A stretch of 60,331 bases of DNA, taken from NCBI GenBank assembly GCA_040357565.1, contig JBDODJ010000068.1; one strand, written 5' to 3'. Positions 50,245 through 60,331 of this stretch are shown piece by piece (position 1 is the first letter of the stretch; each line of letters opens with the position of its first letter). The notes beneath the pieces are model-generated. The model had not been told where the DNA came from and made no database searches. It saw only the letters and a program-made list of their open reading frames with translations. This DNA comes from Cercozoa sp. M6MM (Eukaryota > Protista > Endomyxa: Ascetosporea). A program made the translations under genes and the position numbers.

Positions 50245-51980
50245 ATGAGTTTCCATGATTTTTGGGGGTTTCTCCCCTATCAGTCGGTTTTTTGAAACGC
50301 TCGTGTTTCTGGGCCAGCTTGCAAAGCAGCCTGTCTTGTGTGCACTGATTGGGAATCCACGAGCGTTGTGAACGCATCTTGAGCTCACACACTGCATTTT
50401 TTGGCGAAAGCTCCAAGTTTGCTGGGAAAAGCGCCTTTTGGGTTCGCGGATTGTAGGAGTCCGACCCCCGGCTCTTTGATGGTGAATCTTGTAGAGGAAT
50501 ACGAAGTTATTGTCGTCTCTCCGCAAACGCCTGAACGACGCTGTCACACGATGCCCCTCCAAGTTGACGTCAGAACAGTCAGCGATGACGGGTTCATCGT
50601 TGGTAACTTTCGTTTGCGCTTCTCAAAAAAAGACAGTTATTGTGTGATAGAACTGAAGCGCGAAGCTGGTGGATCTCGTCCACCGCTCACCTATGGTGTA
50701 TTTGACGAAAAGGAGCGGCGCTCGCTCCAAAAGGAGCCTTTCGTTCAATTCAACACGCTTGCTGAGGTGCTTCTTTTTTTTTTTGCTTTGATCTGTCAGT
50801 GCGTGACACGAACTTTCAACAGGCAGAACTTTGGCGCGGAATCAGCGCGTGTGACGTTGCACAAGTCGAGTCTGCTCTCGGCGAGCTTTGTTCGGTAGAT
50901 TGCTTTGCGAGATTTTGCAATTCGGGTTGAATGGCGAGTGCTGTCTGTGTTCCCAAAGAATGACAAATTCGACATCAATGCGCAAATGGGAATCGGTGAG
51001 CTGATTTCTTGCTGTTTTTTGTTGTGCCTGTGAGTGTAATCTTTGTGTAGGCATGCTGCGATTCGCCAGTCCGCTGTTCCACGCGGTGTGCGTGTGCGAG
51101 GATGACGACTTCTCCATCATCAAGTGTGTTCTGTTGAAAACTATAGTTACGAAAGCATTGGGAGAGAGTTTTGATTTCAGGGTGCTTGAGAGGAGTGGTG
51201 CTCGTTGGGTAAACGCTCGCGATCAGGTAGGCTCTGTACTGGAACAAGTCTCTGTTGATCTGATGTTCGGTGTAGACTCCGCTGGAAAACTGCGTCGAAA
51301 TGAACAAGCCCAAGTTCTTGTACTGCACCTGTGTTTTCTAGTACATGCACTTTATCAGTGCAAGTGTGCAGGCAAGCAGCTTTGTGTGCCTTGTTGGAAC
51401 ACTGTGAGGATTACGACAGCTACCACGAGTTTACGCACGTGCGCATCGTCAAAAAGAGCAGCGGAACCAGCAAAGAAACCCTTTCCGACTCCGCCTCGCG
51501 AATTCTCACACGGTATCGCTTGTCCTTTCCTCTGCCGTTGTTTTCGTATACCAAACACGTATCAACAGAATTGCGGACGAAGCGACGAAACCGTCTGCCG
51601 AGTTTGTTTTCGATCTCTTGGTACCTTTTGCAAGTGTTGGGAATATGAAGTTGTATGTGCTTGTTGGCATAGTTGGATGTGGCCGCCGTTGCGCCAACGT
51701 ATGCCGATGAAAACCAGCTGTCGCGCGTTCACGACGCAGGTGCTTTCGTCTTGTGCCCGCGCGTGATACAGCATTGCAATTCGGTGTGTGTGCAGACGAG
51801 AGCTTGAGGGAATTCTTCGCGGCCAAGAGCGGTGTCGATGCCGAAACAGTTCGACTAACTTGTAACTTCGCTGGCTGGTTCTTGCATGCGAAGTCAAACA
51901 TCAATTCTCTATGTAGTGGGCGCCGCTCTCGTGGAATCCGAGCACACGCGTCACATGACGGCCTCGTTGCTGCTCGCTGA
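50245..51980 (+). CDS. Hypothetical multi-exon protein, possibly with a degenerate ankyrin-like segment; ends uncertain
   Basis: Exon chain includes FDINAQMGIGMLRFASPLFHAVC..GARWVNARDQTPLENCVEMN. Confidence 0.4.
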
Positions 51981-52119
51981 ACTGGTACCTGTCTCAGTCC
52001 GAGTTTAGGAGTGAACTTCCATGCGCGCGGCTATGGAAATTTTGATGTGTTATCTCGCAGCGTCGAGTCGTCGCCATTCCTGCTAAGGACTCGTAGCTAG
52101 TCGAGTTTGATTTCACTTT

Positions 52120-52392
52120 TGTTACAGTATGAACTACTGTATCCGCGTTGACTACATACTAAAATCCCCAAGAGTGGTGTGGAAGATTTTGACGTGTGTT
52201 CGCTGGTATCCAAGCCTACTGAGAGCTCCAGTCCAGGCTGGAACACCTGTGCTTGAGTACGGAAGCCCTGAACAAGCTTTTGCAGCTGAACTCAAAGAAG
52301 GCTCTCTCTTGACCTGATTTCTCCAGCGCAGGAGGCCCTTCTTATCTCTTCTTCCTTCTTCTTTTCTTGACTTCACGCCAACTCAGTTACCA
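52120..52392 (+). mobile_element. LTR-like repeat, copy 1 (degenerate)
   Basis: Begins TGTTACAG and ends ACTCAGTTACCA. Aligns with 55213-55469 at the 5' end (e.g. AAGAGtGGTGTGgAAGATTTTGACgTGTGTTCGCTG) and at the 3' end. Confidence 0.5.
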
Positions 52393-53139
52393 CCTGACGG
52401 GTGACAGTGCTTTGCCGCCCAACTGAACCGTTGGGGAAACTAAGAACAGACTTTTCGTGAGATTTTTTTGTACCCTCAATTTACCAAGGCCTGATCCCTA
52501 TCTGAGGGCTGCGGTTAGTTTCGTCTTCGCGCTGAAGTTGCACGACATGAAGCCATAAAATGTGTTTCATGACGTGACACACTGCTAAGTGCACCGGATG
52601 TCAATAACGGGATGTCAATAACGGTGGGCTGTAATTACCAGCGCGGCTAAATCACGGCAGAGGTTTGTTTGTGTGGCTTATCGAGTGACATGAATACCAT
52701 GTGCTTTTATCAAAAAGCCAAAGGAGCACGTGTCCGAAATCAAAACACACTCAACAGAGGAATGTTACAGCCTTTTGGTCGAACGTGCATTTCGTTTCGT
52801 TCAACGAATTCACGCTTTGTTTTTCTCTATGATTATCCAGGAGTTTTTGTCAGCTAAACCGTACAAAAAAAGCGCTCGCACATACAAGCCTACACTTTAA
52901 ACGCTTTGCAATGACTTCGCAATACTAAATGTACAGAAAATTACACAAAGTACCGGATTTTTCTTTATAATTTTGCAGTTTTCCAAGAAACCTCTATCTA
53001 CTGCTGTAGCGCTTTTTACCTCTAAGTTTGGACTGTAGCTTAGCATCTTGGTTCTAAACCTGCAAGCTGTTCTTGTAAAGCTTGCAAACAGTGCCTCACG
53101 GTTTTTTTCTGTCAGAAAAGCGACGATCGATCAGCGATC

Positions 53140-55049
<1,910 letters not shown>

Positions 55050-55212
55050 ACAGTCTAGACGGTCGAGACGGTCTAGAATGCTTCAACTGGGGTCGAATAC
55101 CTCTAGGACCAGAATAGATCGTTGGGACGAGAATAGGCGTAGGATGGCTTTATAGAGATGGGACTGGTACAGGATGGTTAGGATAGAGATAGGACTGACA
55201 TAGGATGACTAG

Positions 55213-55469
55213 TGTTACAGCATGAACTACTGTGTACGGTATCCGCGCGGAAGCAACCCCACAACTTAAAAAAATTCTCAAGAGAGGTGTGAAAGATTTT
55301 GACTTGTGTTCGCTGATGTAACTTACTATAAGCACACACCGAAAGACATAGCGCAGCTCAGACAAAAGGAAAGCCCTAGGCGAGATGCAGAAGTTGGTTT
55401 GCATTGTTCGACTGTAAGGTACTGTAGCTTACGTCAAAGTTCTTTACTCTGAAACGGCACTCAGTAACA
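55213..55469 (+). mobile_element. LTR-like repeat, copy 2 (TGTTAC...GTAACA termini)
   Basis: 6-bp inverted termini TGTTAC/GTAACA, TAG on both flanks, homologous to 52120-52392, and contains TCCGCGCGGA at 55242. Confidence 0.55.
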
Positions 55470-55481
55470 TAGGCAAGTAAG

Positions 55482-58450
55482 CTAAGGCGGCACGGGCGAG
55501 TACAACTGATTGTCGCCGCGTCGGCGCCGTCGCCACCGCACCGCCACAGCAGCAGCAGCGGCAACAGCAGCAGCGATCAAAACAGTCGGCAGTAGGACCG
55601 GGTGCAGGCAGTGCCACCGACTGAGTCGTTTCCCATGGTACATCAGATCGCACATGGCTGGTCGCAGTGCCGATTTGTAGTCGTCTGTACCAGTGTTTAA
55701 TTAAGAGTGCAGTGTACAAGGGATTAAAGGGGCTGTACCAAGATCGACGGCGCAGATATCGCGTGCGTCGCACGGGTACGGCGCCGTGAGTCGCGGCACT
55801 TTTGCCACGTGCGCCATCCACTCGAAGTTGTGCCGCCCACTTATCTAAAGTACATTTCTCTCTATGTATACAGATATATATGTACATATATATATATATA
55901 TCGATACATTATCTATACATATATATATATATATCTATATCGATACATTATCTATACATATATATATATATATATCGATACATTTATATAAATTATATAT
56001 ATACATATATCTATAGGGACAAAGTCACCGTCCACTCGAACTGCCAAGCTTGGTGCACACGCTGTGCCAGCCACAGTGTCCTGTGGAGGAAGGGTTAAGG
56101 AGAGAGATAAGAGGGGGGATATGGAGAGGGGTCAAGATAGGGTAAAGAGAGGGATAAGAGGGGTTAAGAGGATTGAGAGAGGGATAAAGAGAGGGGTAAA
56201 CAGGGGGTAAACAGGAAGGGGGTAAACAGGGGGGTAAACAGGGGTAACACAGGCTACCACGTGAGACCGGCGCCATGCACGCCGGCAAACAAGTTGGTCC
56301 ACCGCACTCGACGCAGCTGCTGCGACCACGACTCGGTGCGCAGTGCCAGAGCAGTCACGCACACGTGCACATCCACACTATGTCAGTCATATCAGTCATA
56401 TCAGTCAGTCATATCAGTCAGTCATATCAGTCAGTTAGACCAGTCAGTTAGACCAGTCAGTTAGACCAGTCAGTTAGACCAGTCAGTTGGATCAGTCAAA
56501 AAGTACCAGTCCAGCTGACACTGCCACGTGACCGCAGTGTCACCGTCACGGTCAAAGTCACTGATGGTGAACTGACGTTTCTCGCACCCCGATCGATCGA
56601 ACAGAGCGACGGTGGCGTCGATCACTTCGTCACGGTTCTGCAGCACGCGGTGCTTCTCGCCTTCGCGCGTCGCTATCAGCAGTCGCAGTGCCTGGGTGGG
56701 GGTAAGGGTAAGGGGTAAGGGGGTAAGGGGTAAGGGGGTAAGGGGTACAGGGGGTAAGGGGTATAGGGGTAAGGGGGTAAGGGGTATAGGGGTAANNNNN
56801 NNNNNGGTAAGGGGTATAGGGGTAAGGGGGTAAGGGGTATAGGGGTAAGGGGTATAGGGGTAAGGGATACAGGAAGTAAGGGGTAAGGGGTATAGGGGTA
56901 AGGGGTATAGGGGTATAGGGGTAAGGGGTATAGGGGGTAAGGGGTATAGGAGTAAGGGGTATAAGGGTAAGGGGTAAGGGGTACAGGGGGTAAGGGGGAA
57001 GAGGTATAGGGGTATAGGGTACAGGGGGTAGGGAGGTAGGAAAAACACAGAAGGTTGAAAAACCGGCTTGAGCGTGAGACTGCGATCGCTGATCGTTGTG
57101 TGTCTGGGACGAGAACTGACGGTTTCGGCCCTGAGTGTGCGATCAGCGAGATTGAGCAGCGATCGTTTCGGGAAACACTGCACACAGGGGACGGTTTCAG
57201 TCAGGTCAGTGTGGCACGTGTCACAATGACGGTACCTGTGAGTGCCACTCGTTGCGACGGTGCCACGTGGGTGACCACTTCCACGACGGCAAGAAGATCA
57301 CGCGATCGAAGTGAATGCACTGTGCTTTGGAGTCACTCATGACGGTGCGCACGTGCGATCGGTACCAGTCGGCAATGGCACCGTCCGAGTGACCACGTGC
57401 TTCAGCAGTCGTGTTGACTCGGTACCAGTCGTGAGGAGTGAGGTGACGCACGTCCACCCACGTGGCCTCCTGCAGGTCACTCGGCGACAACGAGTAGTAC
57501 TCGCTGACTTCGCTGAGGACGCTCTGCAGTGTGAGTGCGTCGAACCACGGGTGGTTCTCCATCGGCGCCACCTGTGCACAGTGACACAAGAAAGCTGATT
57601 GCGCAGTGAAAGCACAGTGAAAGCATGTGAAAGCATGTGAAAGCACATTGAAAGCATGTGAAAGCATGTGAAAGCACGTGAAAACATGTGAAAACCATTG
57701 AAAGCAAGTGAAAGCACAGTGAAACACAATGAGAGCAAGGCAGAGTGAAACACATTGAAAGCAAGTGAAAACATATGAAAGCAAGCGAAAACATATGAAA
57801 GCATGTGCAAGCAAGCTTAAAAATTAATGAAAAGCAAGGAAAACACACTTAAACCATGTCAACGCATATAAACTCGCTGAGGCCAAAACAACTCAAAGCA
57901 CAAAGGTACCAAAGCAAGACCCTTGCGATACTCGCACCCTTCAGTTTCAAGCTTGCTCCGAGCGACTGAAGTGCTTCCAATGTGCCGATCGTTGGTCACA
58001 ATGTTACTTTCACATTTCAGTGGTTTCTCGGGCGCTATCAGTTGCCAATGCAACTGCTGCGACGGTTTCGCTGCGCTTTCACTTCGAAAAAGGGCGGCTC
58101 CGTGAGGTGCTTCGCACATGTACGCGGGGTAGTCTTCCTGCAAAACACCATTCGGTTTCCCTCGAACACACCAAGTTTAACCTACTCCTATCGTGTCTTC
58201 TGGAGCTTTGACGCAAACGAGCGCATTTTCGCAAAAGCTTTGCGTCGCCTCAGCTCCCAAAATCACGCCAAACCTAAACACACCTAATGCAGTTTGAACT
58301 TACAGTCATTAGAGCAACGTACTGTGGTTGATCACATCTTTCGTTATGGCCACTGAAAAACCGTTCGATCGGGTCAAGCCACGGTGCGTATGGCGTGTCC
58401 GCGCGGACGAGGCTAAAAAAGCAGATCAAGCGCAGCAACAGCCACGCCAT
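55482..58450 (-). CDS. Glycosyltransferase family 61 (EOGT-like) with a signal peptide and a C-terminal TM helix
   Basis: Signal peptide MAWLLLRLICFFSLVRA-D; HRVLQNRDEV; QQLRRVRWTNLFAGVHGAGLTW (GT61 HGAG motif); C-terminus VLLPTVLIAAAVAAAAAVAV-RWRRRRR..YSPVPP-TAG. Confidence 0.8.
56694..57040 (+). repeat. Intronic telomere-like G-rich array (GGGGTAA / GGGGTATA / GGGTAA variants), with a 10-N gap
   Basis: Degenerate tandem G3-5 runs separated by TAA/TATA, inside a GT61 intron. Confidence 0.9.
57605..57805 (+). repeat. Intronic degenerate (GTGAAAGCAT)n array in the GT61 gene
   Basis: About 10-bp period, visible directly. Confidence 0.85.
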
Positions 58451-58716
58451 CTGAGCTGACGCAGCCTAGTGCAACCGAACAAGCTGACACAATGCACAGA
58501 CTTAGTGCACGGTGCTGCGCACCTAGATGCCTCTAAATTCCTGCGTGCATTTCTGTTGTTGCTGAGCCGTTGTTTTCGCGATCATGCCGAGTGAAGAGGC
58601 GTGTGTCTGGAAGAGGCGTCCACGAGCAATGCGGTTTATTCGGACTTTGAGCCCTACACTTTCTTCAGCCGCTTCAAGAAGAGACTGCTTGGGCCACTCG
58701 CTAAAGCAAGTGAAAA

Positions 58717-60331
58717 ATGTCGGCGCCGCCTCGCACAATCATTAAGCAAAAGCGAATCTGGAATCCCGCTGTAAAAAATCTTGCTTGGATTGTTTCTGTT
58801 TGTTCAAGTTTCTGATTGCGCTTTCGCGGGTCACGGGTCTTGTTTGACAGAATGCACTAAATCGCTTCAACGAAGACAGCGATGCCGACGGAGCTCTGCC
58901 GCTCGTTCTGATTCCGCGTCAGCGCGCACCGTGTTCTTGTAAGAAGTTTGACTTCACTGGGACTTGAGTTGAAAGCAACGTTTCTCCTTTGGGCCATTGA
59001 AAGTACAGGCTTTGTGACTGTTCCTTAGGGAACACACGCCATCATGCATCGCTGCGGAGCCGATGCGCACCCCGATGACTTGGCTCCGCCTGGTTTACAC
59101 TGCCTACCTGCATACTATCGCGTTGCCTACGTCGTTTCGCAGCAGAGTTGGTAGATTCAGACTTCAGTTATGTTGTTTCTAAGATTAAAAGCTGTGTTTA
59201 GCACTTACAACGCACCCGTCAAGAACTGCCCAACTCTCGACAACGTGATGATCGACTGCTACTTGGCTCTCGTATTTCGCATCGGACCTGAGGTATCATC
59301 AGCTTTGCAATCTTAAGATGTGAAGCAAGTTGACTGTTTTTAGTCTGAAGCAGTCAAAAAGTTCGTCTATCAACTCGGGGCTTCTCGCTTCAACGAGTTC
59401 CTACACGATGCAACTCAAGAAGGCATCCGTCAGTTGGTGCGCAGCACGCCTCATAACCAAGCTTACGAACTGCGTGGCGGCACTCTTGTGGTAGCCCAAT
59501 CTTTTAACTCTGTCTGTGATTTGCCTTTCTCACTTTGAAGCTTCGAAGCGACACATGATCGACGAACTGAACCGCAAGTTCAATCGCTTCGGTGTCACTT
59601 TCACTTCGGCAGTGATCACCGATGTGAAACTGCCGCGTCACTTGGCCACCACTCTGCAGGTGTGTTGTAGCACCTCGCTATTTCTTTCAGCTCCTTCAAC
59701 TAATCACTGTTTAGGCAACCACTGGATTCGACAGTCGCATCAAAGATAGCGAGAAGGAACACGATCACAACATCAAGAAGATTGACTTTGAGGTGTCAAA
59801 ACTTGCTGAATGTCGAGTGTATTTAAAATACTTGTGTTGCAGTCGGCCCAGCGAATTGAGGAACAAGTCAAAGAGTACGATGTGATTCTCGCGAAACTGG
59901 AAGCTCAACGAGAACGTGCAATCGTCGATCGCGAACGTGTGAGGTAGCAATGCGGATGGTATTTGCAAGTATCTCCAACTTGCACAACAACTTTTGTGCT
60001 GCTGTAGCACGGCCGCGCGAGGTGAGAACAGCGTCGCCAAAACCAAGGCGCAGGAACTCGCAGCAGTCGCCGAGAAGAACGCGAGTTCGATGCTGCACGT
60101 TGTGAAACTCAAGGGCGAGAAGGAAGCGGCCGAGAAGAAAGCGCGTGCGGGCGCAGAGGCCGAACGCATCAAAATCGATGCAGTCAAGGTTCGAGCTGAC
60201 TCGACTTGCGTTGCTTCATTCTAGTTATGTGTACTTTAAGACAGAAAGCAGAGGCACGAATCGAAGAGAGCAAGCTGCGCGTTGAAGAGGCTCTACCGCA
60301 GCTGAAGATCGGCATCATCGTCCAACTCGCC
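58717..60331 (+). CDS. SPFH/band-7 (stomatin-like) protein, 5' part; apparent in-frame TAG at 59026
   Basis: TYNAPVKNCPTLDNVMID..LVFRIG, ATQEGIRQLVRS, LNRKFNRFGVTFTSAVITDVKLP, then an Ala/Glu/Lys coiled coil; runs off the window end. Confidence 0.85.

Overview
This is eukaryotic nuclear DNA, not prokaryotic. It comes from a gene-dense, intron-rich genome (mostly ~45-70 nt GT-AG introns, plus longer introns filled with simple repeats), most likely a flagellum-bearing protist because BBS2 is present. The six-frame ORF track is mostly noise; I rebuilt the genes by hand-splicing, so internal exon boundaries and some starts and ends are approximate. About 22 genes are visible: glutamate-cysteine ligase (partial), a Zn-dependent alcohol dehydrogenase, BBS2, a DUF389 protein, SDA1, PEMT/OPI3, thioredoxin, sphingosine-1-phosphate lyase (5' part), a RING + Zn2Cys6 protein, a BAHD-like acyltransferase, a CC1-box coiled-coil protein, an EF-hand two-pore K+ channel, a Dug2-like WD40-M20 peptidase, RAD17 with an N-terminal NZF finger and SIM, a PD-(D/E)XK-CCCH protein, a GT61 glycosyltransferase, an SPFH protein (partial), several hypothetical proteins and one pseudogene. 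Three signals stand out. (1) The perfect 10-bp palindrome TCCGCGCGGA occurs at least 11 times across exons, introns and intergenic DNA. It has the everted CCG-N2-CGG geometry recognised by Zn2Cys6 proteins, and one copy lies just upstream of an unusual RING + Zn2Cys6 gene. (2) A putative PD-(D/E)XK nuclease with tandem CCCH fingers is bracketed by two LTR-like direct repeats. (3) Long introns fall into strand-polarised sequence classes, including telomere-like G-quadruplex-prone arrays. All family calls come from motifs read by eye; no database search was run.
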